Origin: Narcine bancroftii
Lineage: Eukaryota
Direction: 5' to 3'
DNA: 64,000 nucleotides
NCBI RefSeq assembly: GCF_036971445.1
Contig: NC_091470.1
Span: 105,896,001-105,960,000 of the forward strand
This document shows positions 37,795 to 50,099 of this stretch, in pieces. The stretch's first letter is position 1. The number at the start of each line of letters is the position of its first letter. Made by a program: the position numbers and the translations under genes. The notes under the pieces were generated by a model. That model did not search any database. It saw nothing but the letters and a program-made list of their open reading frames with translations, and was not told where the DNA came from.

Positions 37795-39631
37795 TTTATC
37801 TGAGAGTCCAGATTCTTGAGTGGTTCAGATCTCTGGCATTCAGATTATTGGACTCTTACTGTACTTGTCCTGCATGTGTATTATTTGTCTGTATGTGTGT
37901 GATGTCTGGCTGTATGTCCGCGTGTTTTGCATTGAGGACGGTAGAACGCTGTTTCGTCGGGTTGTGCTTGCGCAATCAGATAATAAGGTTGACTTAAAAA
38001 CTTACAGCCTTTCCACCATCTGGAAGGCACAAGCCAGCAGTGTGAAGTAATGCTCTCCACGGACAAAGCAACCCCCCCCCATCCACCACCACAACCCACA
38101 AAGTGCACCTCAGTTGCTCATCCAGGCTACACCCACAGCGTCTCCTGAGACCATGACCTTCACCACCGAGGACAAGGACAGCAGCCACACCATCACCTGC
38201 CGCCACCGTTCCGAGCTGCACACCAACCTCCATTGGCCACCAGGTAATGTTCTTTCATTGTCGCTGAGCCCAAATCCTGGAAGTCTTTACCCAAACATCA
38301 CACCAGACCCCTTCACCAGGAGGTCTGCCCACTCCCAGCTCAAGCCAGTTTGCGAGAGACAACCAACACTGGAACGGCCAGGAACGTAAACACAAACAGA
38401 TTGATCCCGAGGCCCTAGTTTATTTGATGATTTTAGGAATCATGCAGAAATCCTGGTTTTAGCCTGACCTACTCACTCAATGGGTCACCTTCCCGCCCAC
38501 TGAGTCCATGTTGTCTTCCATTCAGTTCCATTCACACTCTTACTTCCTTATTTAACCCTAAATTTAGAACATTACAGCACAGTACAGGCCCTTTGGCCTT
38601 TCATGTTGTGCCTACCCATATAAACTTATCCCTCATTCAGTCTAACCCAGTGATTTTCAGCCTTTTTCTTTCCACTCAAGTAATCCCTATGCCATAGATG
38701 CCCTGTTGTTAGTAAAAGATTACTTAAGGTGGTGAGTGGAAAGAAAAAGTTTGAAAACCACTGATCCAACTCTTCGCAATCTCAGTCCATAATCCCTCAC
38801 CCTTACATCCATGTGCCTATCTGTCTTTTAAAATTGTACCACCAGATACCCCCACCCTCTGTTTGAAACTACTTCTGGCATCACAGCTTAAACGGGCATC
38901 CTTTGGTGTTGGCCTTTGCTGCCTTGGGAAAAGGTGCTCGTCGGCTACCCTATGCCTCTCATAATCTTACACTCTTTTTAGGGTGGCACAGTTAGCCTGA
39001 TGATATTGCAGCGCCAGCAACCCGAAGCTGTCTGTAAATAGTTTGTACGTTCTCCCTGTGTCTGCATGGGTTTTCTCCGGGTGTTCAAAGATGTACGCTA
39101 GTTGTAGGTAAACTGGTGTATTTGGTCAGCACGGGCTCATGAGCTGGAAGGGTCTGTTACCGTGCGGTATGTCTTAATTTCAAATTTACCATCGCTTCTC
39201 ATCTTCCATCGCTCCAGAGAGATAAAGCCCTGACCCCACTCGACTTTTCTTCACAAGATGTGTTCTCCAATTGAGGCATCATCGTGGTAAATCTATTCTA
39301 CGTCCTCTCCACAGCCTCCGAGGCAGCCAGAACATAACAAAACAGGGCCACAGCCAGCTTCCTGGATCCCTGAGGCGATGGCAGCAGCAGTCTGTGGTGC
39401 CCAGGAGCAACATGGGGAGGTCAGGGAGGCACGAGACCTGCCTTGCAGGTGGTTCACTTCATGCGGCGGGAACGTCAACATCGCCTCGACCCCGATTCAA
39501 ACCGGACAGCACGAGATGAGGTCATATCGCTGCTGTGCAGCCGCGTCAACATTTCAGACAGCCAGGAGGACCCCCCCCCCCTCTCTTCGCTGTTCAGCCC
39601 CCAGAGAACAATGGATCCAAATTCTCCCTAC

Positions 39632-39715
39632 CTGCTCACTATCAAACAAGGAATGACTACACAGGCTCATTTTCTTTAAGTGCTTGGCATATCTGCGTAG
39701 GTCTCGTTCGAAGAG
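39632..39715 (-). CDS. POLM: POLM exon 10 (LFERDLRRYAKHLKKMSLCSHSLFDSEQ)
   Basis: F.R.LRR thumb motif; cttgcag| acceptor, CAG|gtaggg donor; 84 nt. Confidence 0.94.
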
Positions 39716-40728
39716 CTGCAAGACAGCAAGAAACAAGCCAGTGAGTTTGACCCAAGATCAGAGATTTTCTGTTGAGTTGAATGCATTGCTTATTAAATTA
39801 TTTATTGGCACATGTACCAAGATACATGAGCAGAAAAGGCCTGTCTAGTTCATGCCCAACTATTATTCACCTCATCCCATTGTCCTGCCCCAGTCCATAG
39901 CTCTCCATATTCCTCCCATCCAACTGCCCAATCTTCTCTTAAATCAAACCTGCACTTATCATTTCATCTGGCAGCTCGTTCCACAGTCTCTGTATGGAGA
40001 CATCCCCTCCCAAATGCTCCCCTTAAACATTTCTCCCCTAATCCACATAGTTAAGTTCTTGACTCACCCAACCCCAGTGGGAAAAGCCTGTCTGCATTTA
40101 CTTTATCTATGCCCCTTATAATTTTGTACACTTCTTAGACTCTGAGGCAGGCACGTGCATGCAAGAAAAATAGAGGATTATGAGGTCGATTTTTTGTATT
40201 TTTATAGAGGTAGGCACAACATCATGGGCTGAAGGGCCTGTACTACACTATAATGTTCTATATGAGCTGTCCTGAACACCAAAATTAGCTCCTGTGAAGA
40301 GCTTCCACCAGGAAGAGCAGGTGTTACGTTGGCCAGGTAATCACACCTCTGATATCGGAAGCCACACAGAACTGTCCATCATCCCTTTGGCACCACCCAG
40401 CCCTGTACATCACAGCCCCTGCTCAGCAGAGTAGGATATTTAAACGTGAGCACGTCATTCTTCACTCTCTTTGCCACATGGTCAAGTCCTGCACTTGTTC
40501 CGGGTCATTGTCACCACGGTGGGCACCATCTGGAGGGGAACTCAGGTTAAGGGGCTAGCACCCCTTTGGCCAGGCAGGGTATCACTAGCAGCCCAGTAGA
40601 TGCTGGCATTATAGCCACAGTCCTCCGTTTACTTGGGGTTAGAGGCTGTGTTTCTTTCTCGTAGGTAGCCAGTTAGGGCACCTCGTCAAGAGTCAGAACC
40701 CCCTGCCCATGGGTCATCCTCAGTTGAG

Positions 40729-40732
<4 letters not shown>

Positions 40733-40803
<71 letters not shown>

Positions 40804-40812
40804 AAGAGAGAG
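40733..40812. repeat. (TG)30(AG)n compound microsatellite
   Basis: Direct reading. Confidence 0.96.
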
Positions 40813-42186
40813 AAGCCACTTGTATTTGAACTTGTTTAGCTTAACCTGTATGTCGGTGTTGTAGCATCGATGTCAGTGTGTACTATTTTAATAAAGCATA
40901 TGCATTGTTGCACCACAATGTGTCCAGACTCGCTTGCCTGCTGTACCCAAAAACCAATCCTTTCCACATAATTCACTTGGATATTCATGAGCTAACAAAT
41001 CACAATTGTAAAGGAACCTGGAAATTCCATGTGATTCAAGGGAAAAGAAACAGCCCCAGAACAGATGTCCAGCAGTATTGTGAACTCACAACCGGAAGAA
41101 TTAAAAACACTGCTGAGCTTTGCAAATGACACTGGTTTAACAGAGCACCACTGGACAAACACCATCACTAAAAGCATGTTCAATTTCAACTGAAAGTACA
41201 AAAAGTCGATTTTGTAGACTATTTTTCAATGTTAAATTTGTGGGGTTAACTATTGCATTGGTACTGCTTTTGAAGGCCGAAATTCACACTAGGATCCAAG
41301 ACCTTATCAGTTGCGGAGGTCAAAATGATCTTGAAATGAATAAGGGACAAAAACACAATGGATTAAAGTAATAAGAAACTATGCATCACACCTGACCAAG
41401 CAACAAAAATGAGTAAAACACAAACGGGGGAGGTCGGGACCAGGGCAAGTATCTGCGTCGTCAGAGGCATCGGGAATCTTGGCCTATGGGCGGCAGGGAC
41501 CGAGGCATGAGTTCTCGAACGAGGCAATGGGAACTCCAGCCTGCAGCTGATGGGAGCTAAAGTGAGAGACTAGGCTTGGCTTTCACGTGATAAGTGGAAC
41601 ATTCCTAATTTTTTTTTGGCCAAAAATAGGGGGCTGACCTTTACACGAGATCGACTGCTGCTTGAGGAGGTATGGTACTGAAAACCTTAACCGAAGCAGA
41701 AAATAAAACACACTGCAGATTTTGGAAATCTGAAATAAAAACAAAACAATGCAGGAAACACTCAGGTGAAAAGAGAAACAGTGTTCATGATTCAGGTTGA
41801 AAACTGTGTCTGAAAAATAAAAATCAGAAAGTTTTAAATTTGTCGACTCTGATCCAAGTAAGTTTGTTCGTGAGGTGCTGATCAATCCAATTCAGAATTA
41901 GATAGCAGCACAGTTAGCACAGCGCTTAGCAACCTGGGATCGAATCCGGCACTGTCTGTTAGGAGTTTGTATGTTCTCCCAGTGTCCATGTAGGTTTCCT
42001 CCGGGTGCTTCGATTTCCTCCCACCCTCCAAAACCTACAGGGTAATTTGGGTATAGTTGGGCAATATGTGTTTAAATGGCTGGAATCAGCTTCTATTATG
42101 TTTAAATAATTTTTAAAATTAAAGAATTGTGCTTGTGTATTTTGAATTAAACAGCTGTTGTGTCTCATTCTGCTTCCTATACGTAC

Positions 42187-42516
42187 CCGTGAACCTGTCC
42201 AACCCAGTAAGGCGTAAGCATACTGGCTGAAGGGGGCAACTACCAGGTCCACCCTCATAGCCTTCCAGCCTCTCTCGCCTGCTCCGGCAGCTGTCCCCTG
42301 TCGAGAAGTCTCCGTGCGATCAGCAAGGCCAGTTGCCCGAGTTTCATTTCTAGCCAAAGGATCAGAACGGCTCACTTCCTCAGATTCTAAATTATTTACC
42401 AGCTCTGTCTTCAGTCTGAAGATGGAAAGACATTTTTCAAAGTGATCAAAAATCTCAGGGTCCATGCTCTTCGCTTTGTAGCTGCTGCCAGTGAAGTTGT
42501 GGTACAATATTAGATC
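42187..42516 (-). CDS. POLM: POLM exon 9 (DLILYH-Loop1-DHFEKC...WKAMRVDLVVAP...LLGWTGSR), third catalytic Asp
   Basis: RVDL and LLGWTGS motifs; atttcag| acceptor, CGG|gtacgt donor; 330 nt. Confidence 0.95.
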
Positions 42517-42619
42517 CTGAAATCATCGTAAAGCACAATTTTAATGCAAGTTTTTGTCAGATCTCTCCATCTGATAACATTCATTCAGAATCTTGCTAAG
42601 AAATACATTCAGATAAACC

Positions 42620-43320
42620 TGAAAATCTTCAAATGCTGCGATGTAGAGCAGTACAAAAAAAATGCTAGAGAAACTTGACACCTCACGCAGAATCCATAGG
42701 AAATAATGCAGTCGACATTTGGCCCTGTACCCTTCTTCAGGGGTGCTGAAATTCAGGGGCTGAATAAAAACTGCTAAGGGGGGGGGGGTGGGGGGAAGAG
42801 AGAGGAGGAGAAGAGGGAGGAAAGGGAAAGGGGAGGAGCACAGGCAAAAAGGAAAGAGGATCCAGGTGGGAGATTAAAAGTGATAGGGCAGGGAGCCAAG
42901 AAGGGTAGCTCGTCGATAGAAGGGGAGGGGAGTGAGTGAAAAGGAGACTGAGGATGAGGGAAACAGAGAGACTGGGTTAACAGAAATTGGATTTCGATTT
43001 TAATGCCACCTGGATGAACACTGCCAGCATGGGTGGGGGGGGGGTAAAAATAGTGTTCTTCCAATCTGCAGGTGCCCTCAACTTTGCCGCGCACGAGGCC
43101 ATGGACAGGCATGCCAGCATGAGAATTGGATGTGGAATTGAAGTGGTTGGCCCCGGGAGGTCCTTGCTGCCTGGGTTGGGTGGGGGGGGGGGGCTAGGTC
43201 AGATGAGTAGGAAATAGAGGAGATGTGGATAAGGGCTGACTTGATGGCGGGAGAGGGGAAACCACCTTTTCTGAAGGAGGACATCTCAGATGGAAGGCCT
43301 ATTCCTAAGAGCAGGTGAGG
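42620..43320 (-). mobile_element. Penelope-like fragment
   Basis: Family terminus (aaatgctagagaaac...gtcgacatttgg) and LEEH..F peptide. Confidence 0.7.
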
Positions 43321-43559
43321 TGGAGAACTGAATTCAGCAGCAGAACTTAAGCTTTCTCAGTAATATTAAAAGAGCACTTTCACGATTATCAGTTCCTTCA
43401 AATTTTCAAAAACAAAATCTTACCATAAAGAGCTGTGGAAAGGTGCACAAGTAACATTAAAGTTAAGGCACACATGATTATGTGCCAAGATATACAGGTA
43501 CTTCGATTCCATTCTCAAATATTCATTGAAATGCCCACGATCTTTGGGTATGTCCAGAA

Positions 43560-45022
43560 GCCATAGGAGCAGAAATAGGCTATTCAGCCCATTGAGTCTT
43601 CCCCATTAATCAATCATGAGCTGATCCATTTTCCCCACTCAGCCCCACTGCCTGGCTTTCTCCCCATACCCTTTGATGCCCTGGCTAATTAAGAATCTGT
43701 CAATCTCTGTTCTTCAATACACCCAATAACCCGGCCTCCTGTGGCAACAAATTCAGCCTCTGGCTGAAGACATTCCTCTGTATCTCTGTTCTCAGTGGGC
43801 GCCTTCAATCCTGAAGCTGTACCCTCTTGTCCTAGACTCTCCCACTATGAGAAACAACCTTTCAACATCTACTCTGTCCACGCTTTTCAACATTCAAAAT
43901 GTTTCAATTATATCCTACCCTCATTCTCCTAAATTCTGAATACAAGTCAAGAGCTTTAAAATATTGCTCATATGATAATCCTTTCATTCCCAAATCTGTG
44001 CCTTTGATTCACACATCTGCTTTGTGCTTGAATGAACAGTGTGTTACTCTGTTCACAGGAAGACACAGTACCCACATACTTGAAATGTATTTTTCTCATG
44101 CTTTTTGTCTGACAAAAATTTGGTGAATTAAAACCTTCTGCCAATCGAGGAACACCTGTGCAATGTAATTTTGAGACACAGAACTGTAACAGGCCTTACT
44201 GGCCCATGAACCTGCGCTGCCAAGTACATCCACGTGGCCAAATTTATCTCAATTTCAGCCCTGATCTCTAGTTTTTGTAGCACCAACGTATTGCACACCA
44301 CCAAAGGTAGAGCACAAATTGAACCAAAATCTGGGGGGGGGGGGGGGGGGGGGTGGTAGCATCACTACAGGTGCTTGCTGAAATGGGATGGGTTTTAAGC
44401 TTCACGTTTGAGATCAAAGAACACAGAACACTACAGCACAGTGCAGGCCCTTTGGGCCTCGATGTTGTGCTGTCCTCTACATTCCAACCAAAATAAACCT
44501 AAACCTTTCCTATCCCGTAACCCTTTATTTTTCTTCCATCCTCGTGCCTATCTGAGTCTCTTGAATGCCTCTAATGTTCCAGCCTCCACGATCACCCCTG
44601 CCAAGGCATTCCAGGTGCCCACAACTCTGTGTAAAAATACTTACCCCTGATTCCTCCCTTAAACTTTCCTCTCTTCACTTTGTGCAGATGTCCTCTGGTG
44701 TTTGTCCCTTCCGCCTAGGAAAAAGGCGCTGAATGTCTACCTCTCAGAATCTATTAAATCACTCTCATCCTTCTTCACTCCAAAAGATAAGCCCTCCCTC
44801 TTCTAACTTTGCCTCATAAGACATTTTCCAATCCGGGCACCATCTTGGTAAATCTCCTCTGCACTTTCTTCATAGCTTCCATGTAAGGTAACCAGAACTG
44901 AGCACAATATTCTAAGAGTGGTCTCACCAGATTAGTAGATTTGCAACATGACCTCAGGACTCTTGAACTCTGATTAATGAATCCCAGCATACCATAAGCC
45001 TTCTTAACTATCCTATCAACCT
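43560..45022 (-). mobile_element. Two CR1-type 3' fragments (about 43560-43990 and 44420-45022)
   Basis: Reverse-complement CR1 3' termini (ataggagcagaaataggc; tacagcacagtgcaggcc). Confidence 0.72.
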
Positions 45023-45649
45023 AAAGTTGTAGGTCAGCCAAAGCAGAATCATGTCCAAGAGCTTGGTATTCTGATGGCCATGATTTAACAAGTTGGAGCT
45101 TGTGGACAATGCTGTGAGACAGAAAAATTTCAAGTCTAGTGAAAACCAAAGTCCAGATGAGGGAACCTCTTGCACAGAGTTAGATCATCAGCAAGTGATG
45201 CAAGTACCGAGAAATGGAAATAGGAAATGTGGACTGAACAAGGCTTCACACCCACCAACTCCGCTCAAGGACAAGAGCAAGACGGGGACTAGGAAAGCCA
45301 AAAGGGATGGCCACTCACAGAAATCCTAACAATCCTTTACTTTTGCTGAGATTTGTTGAGTAACACTCTTCCAAACAGGTGAAATAAAGACAAAAGCAGA
45401 CCAATATTTATGAGGAGAGAAATTTAATTTTACTCCCACCTATTTATTACTCCAGACTGATAACAGTCCAGCAATATTATTCACCATAGCCATAACATCA
45501 TGGTAAAGATTTTTTTTTAAAAAAAGGGAAATACACTAGGATCAATTGGAAGATAATTTTATGTAGATTAATCTAAAATGTAATATGCTGCCGTAAAGAC
45601 TTCAGGCAGAGTTAATGATCTCTGACAGAGTTAATTTAAAAAAAAAATT

Positions 45650-45898
45650 TAAATTAAATTTTAAATTTAGACATACAGCATGGTAACAGGTCTTTCTGGC
45701 CCACGCGACAGTGCTTCAAAATGACACCCAATTGACCTACAAACCCCATATATTTTGAAGGGTGGGAGGAAATCAAAGCCCCAAGAGGAAACCCACAGAC
45801 ATGGGTGAGAATATACAAACACCTTACAGATAGCGCCAGATGGGAACCCAGGTTGCTGGCGCTGTAACAGCATTGCACTACCCGCTACGCTAACTGTA
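45650..45898 (-). mobile_element. tRNA-derived SINE (V-SINE/HE1-like), representative copy
   Basis: tRNA-like head (gttagcgtagcgg..gggttc), core ctgtaagg.gtttgta..gggtttcctc and tttaaa tail. Other copies at about 135-360, 2490-2720, 4250-4485, 8230-8430, 18910-19145, 27470-27645, 32828-33055, 38982-39185, 41905-42110, 50595-50790 and 61180-61332. Confidence 0.85.
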
Positions 45899-46134
45899 GT
45901 ACAATTGTACAACTTCTTCCCGCTTTGAGCCTTGCACTGCCTCAGCTTCTCAGTCTCCAGTTTATTTCACCCAATGTTTTCTTCAAGCTTTGTGGTTGTT
46001 AATGTGTTAAAGAAAAAGGTTCTGAATCTCACCCCCTTAAATGTGGCTAGAGAACATCAGAATGGATTGATCTACTTCCAATTCAAGCTGGTTTAAGAGC
46101 CTTAATTATTTCATGGTCAATTTCCCAATCATAC

Positions 46135-46237
46135 CTTGCTGGCCATCCATTTAATCACTTGGTAAATAATACCCTCTTCTTTGCCTTCTTCTGGATGGGT
46201 GATGAGGAGGTCAACATCATGGCCAAAATCCTTCCCT
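46135..46237 (-). CDS. POLM: POLM exon 8 (GKDFGHDVDLLITHPEEGKEEGIIYQVIKWMASK), catalytic DxD
   Basis: GHDVD catalytic motif followed by Pol mu-type ITHP; catcag| acceptor, AAG|gtatga donor; 103 nt. Confidence 0.95.
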
Positions 46238-47199
46238 CTGATGAATGCAATTAAACACAAACCATTTAGAAAAGTGAAAGGCTCTTTCCAAACAATTGAC
46301 CCAATCTCTCTCAATGCAGGAATTAAAAAAACAAGCCAGGAAACTAGAAGTTGGTCGGCAATGGGAAATCCTGAGAGACCAGATTTATTTCCTTTCAGAA
46401 AAGCAATGAGTCAGGAACGCAAGTCAAAAGGGGTGGCTTCATAAGTTTGAGGGAGTTTTTTTTTAAAGTGATCAAATTGTCTACGTGGATTTTTTCAAGA
46501 CCTCGGACAAGCTCCTGCATGGTAGGCTAGCCCAGAAGGGTTGGGATTTAGGATACCGCATGAGATGACTTGTGATTAAGGCAACCCCAGAAGTTCCACC
46601 TAAAATATAGGTTTTGAGCTATATAAGAGTATCACAAATCCGGGCACATACTGCTGTCCAGAGGAGTGATGCTGCTTGGCACATTTAATATAATAACCAT
46701 ATAACCATATAACCGTTTACAGCACGGAAACAGACCATGTCGGCCCTTCAAGTCCGTACCGGTTCACTTGAAAAACTCCACTAGCTCCTCCGCAATTGAA
46801 CCAATTTATTTTTAATATCATATTTATGGAAATGTAATTATAGCGATTTCACATCTGCAATACACAAGAATAATTCACAATATTTTTTAAAACAAATTAT
46901 GCAGTAAAGGTTTAAATTTTATAATAAACCAGCATCGGTTCCTTGAACAGGCTGTTTAAAGCCTGTAGAGAGATGGACCCTGCAGGGGAGTGCTGAGACT
47001 TCGCTTTTCGTCAGCTATTGCAAATGGGGACTGGTGTATGCTGTTAACTTTGTTTGCTGTGCTGTTATTTTAAGGCATGTTAGACAGATTTATAATGCCC
47101 TTGTATTGTTTTAACATAAGGTTGTCTTGGCACATAAGACAACCCCTTATTTTATAGTGGCATTTTAAAGTTTCAAATACCATCTAAGATGCCAAAATG

Positions 47200-48660
47200 T
47201 ATGGTAAACTAGCCAATTGGATACAAACTGAGCTTGGGAGGTAGGAATCAGAGGGTGGTATAGGAAGGTGTTTTTTTTTTCCAAACTGGAAGCCTGTGAG
47301 GTCCCCTGATTTTGTCATACAAACGGTTTGGATTAGAATGGCCTGGTTAGTAAGTTTCCAGATGACACTGAAGGTGGTGGTGTAGTGGCAGTAAAGGTGT
47401 TTGTTCAAAGATACAACAGAACATTGAATGGTTGTGAAAGTGAGAAGGTAGAATTTAACCTTGACAAGAGAGAAGTGATGAGTTTTGGAGAGCTTAACCA
47501 GGTAAGCTATATACAGTAGGACAGGACCCTGGGGAGTATTGTCGAACTAAGAGAACAAGGGGCACGTATATTGTTTCCAGAAAATAACAACAGATAGATG
47601 AGGTGTATGCCTTGTTTGCTTTCATCAGCTGTGGCAGAGTACATTGTTATGTTGCAATTGTACAAAATGTTCCTGACAGCGCATGTAGAATATTATGGGT
47701 AGTTCTGGTCGTCATGGTATTGGAAGGATGAGATTAAGACAGAGGATGCATAAATGTTTCACAAGAATGTGGGCAAGACTGGAGGGCTTAAATTAGCTGG
47801 AGAGACTGGGATTGTTTTAATGTGCAGGCAAATGGTATTAATTGTGATGCACCCCTTGGTCAAAATCCTCTTTGTTGGAAATTAATGGTTTGTTTATATA
47901 TAATACACTTTAAACATTTAAGAATGCCAAGGTTCTACATTATAATTCTCCAGCAAGTGGTAAAGAGAATATGTGAAGAGAGTAAACCGAGCAAAAAAGG
48001 TATACCAAAGGTACCTGCAACACAGATAAACTGAATAATAGATTGGGTGAAATGAGGCAAAAGCTGCAAAGAGGATAGTTAACAAAATCTACAGCAGCAG
48101 TTTAAACATACAGGCTTTAATTTTTACATTTTATCACTATTTTCCAGCCCAGTCTCAGTTCAAGGTGAGACTTGCATCTAAAGAACTGGTGTTTTTAAAT
48201 AATGCTTTACGAAGCATGTAATGAAGTTGGAAAGGAAACAGAAATGGTTTATGGTTGTTGCCAGGATAAGAGAAGTTGAGTTATCATGAGAGACTGGAAA
48301 AACTCAGCCCGTTTTCCTGAGTGTGTTTGAGATGAAATCCTTTTGAGGTCTATAATATAATGAGAGGCATAGATACCGTGCATAGTTTCCTGGAGTAGGA
48401 AAATCTAAGATGAGAGGGCACAACTAAAAGCTGGTGGGGGATTTGGAAGGGAGGTGATGTGAAAATTTTACTTCAGAGGGTGGTGGGTAGGTATGAGCTG
48501 CCAGGCAAAGTGGTGGAAGCAGGTGCTTTCGCTTCCTTTAAGGGACACTTGGATAATTATATGGATGGTGGGGGGGGGGTGCCCTGAAGACAAGTGGGAC
48601 TGAAGCTGGAGGGCACGTTATTTGGCAGAGACCAACTGGGCCTGTTACCCTGATGTAAGA
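47200..48660 (+). mobile_element. Decayed CR1 fragments
   Basis: KFPDDT-like and FWS..Y.KD remnants; 3' end near 48650. Confidence 0.6.
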
Positions 48661-48748
48661 CGTCTGTGACCCAATGATCTTTACCCTCCTTGAACAAGTT
48701 GCAGGCAAACTCCCAATTAAAAAAGAAAGGCAGTGTCTACTCTTTTTC

Positions 48749-49525
48749 AAGATTCCTTCATTGCCAAGTAATAATGACAATATAACATGTCACAAAATTG
48801 CCTTCTGCCTGCTGTAACTCAAAGAGTTGTCAGTATGAGAGAAAAAAAAGAAAAAGAGTCTTTCAGAGACACTAGCGGCCGTGAATTCACCACCAGCGCT
48901 CCCCTTCAGCTGCAGACTCTTGTTCAATCCATCGGCAACCCAAGCTCAAGATCCAAACCTCCAACACAATTAGGAACCCTTCAGCATCTGAGGCCCCTTC
49001 AGGAGCCCTTCTTGCTCTCAGCATCCAGCCAAATCCTAGCTCCCATGAATCAATCTCTAGCAGCCTGCGGGGGTCCCCCAGACTGCAAGAAGCCCGCAGC
49101 CTGCGTGGGTCCCTTGCCTGCTGATCCCCTCGTTGGTCCATTGTTGGTCACTGACCTGCAAGGTCCTTCTGACGCTGAGGCCCTCGCTGGTCTGCCACCA
49201 TGGTCGCCATCCTGTAGGGTCGTCTCCTCTGCTTCCCCTTCTCAACAGGAGGCGTTCTCCCCATTTCTGGTGCCCTGTACAGGTTAGCTGCTCCCCCCGG
49301 AGTCTGCAACCCCCCGTGGCCACTGCCAAGCACAGGTGCCGCCATCTTGGCTCAGACCAGTGGTTGCACTGATTTTAATTTAAAAAAAAACTCCACTGGC
49401 TCCTCTAACAGGTATTTTAATGCCTGTATGGAGCTGCCAACATTAGAACTGGACGGTTGAACTCATCAGAGCAGCACTGTGTCCCCACTCCCCCAGGTCC
49501 ACACCAGGGCAGCATCACCATTTTA
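48749..49525 (-). mobile_element. Unclassified GC-rich non-coding retroposon, related to 8441-8835, 29620-29935 and about 385-520
   Basis: Shared ttggaggtttggatct core and ggcagaaggcaattt...caat(a/g)aaggaa(t/c)cttga tail. Confidence 0.6.
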
Positions 49526-49839
49526 ACTGTTGTACTACAATGTACATTTCTATTAAAATTCCCAAGTTAAACCTCATTTCAGTTAAAACAGTGGAAGGTA
49601 TCAATATTGCATACCCAAGATATGGTGCACAGCATGAGGACTCGTGCACTTTCTACATTGTGCCCCTGATAATAATGATAGATTTTGTAAACAAGAGGAG
49701 TTTAGTTACTGAGTTCTTACTGCTTTTTTAATAAAGGGGCTTGGCCCTTAAGATTGCATCAAAAAAATCCTTCCATTTTTCTTAGGGCTCAGACTTTGAC
49801 TAAAAACTAGAAGCCAAAAGGAAGCTACAACAATCTAAC

Positions 49840-49972
49840 CTTCGAAAGCCTCCAGCCAACGTTACGACTGCATGGGGTAGAAATATGTGTACGGCCCTTT
49901 CCACTATTTGCTTGATCAAATCTGCCTCTGCCCTTGTAACTTGTGCACCAAGGTCACTGTGATGCATCAGTC
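49840..49972 (-). CDS. POLM: POLM exon 7 (GLMHHSDLGAQVTRAEAD...VTLAGGFRR)
   Basis: GGFRR PolX motif; tttacag| acceptor, AG|gttaga donor; 133 nt. Confidence 0.95.
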
Positions 49973-50099
49973 CTGTAAAACAAAAGAGATTATGCATTTT
50001 AAAAACAAGGACAGTTTTGAAATGCTATCCCTTCTCCCCAACAATCCCTCAAGGACACTGTGCTCCAAGGCTCTAGTTTCTGCCAGCACTGGGCTCACA

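Larger units (their letters stand above)
36001..37861. mobile_element. TcMar (Tigger/pogo-like) non-autonomous element hosting the RTE, an LTR and (CA)n
   Basis: TA|CAGTAAAAGTCCTAA[RTE]AATCCAG at left and the inverted TA|CAGTAAGAGTCCAATAATCTG at right; TA flanks. Confidence 0.55.

Noticed and set aside
41959-42186. Exon 9 ORF continuing 75 codons into intron 9 as an alternative C-terminus
   Set aside because: It runs into antisense SINE sequence; a strong gtacgt donor and intact exons 10-11 exist.
45840-45898. tRNA genes
   Set aside because: These are tRNA-like SINE heads with no full cloverleaf, each followed by a SINE body.
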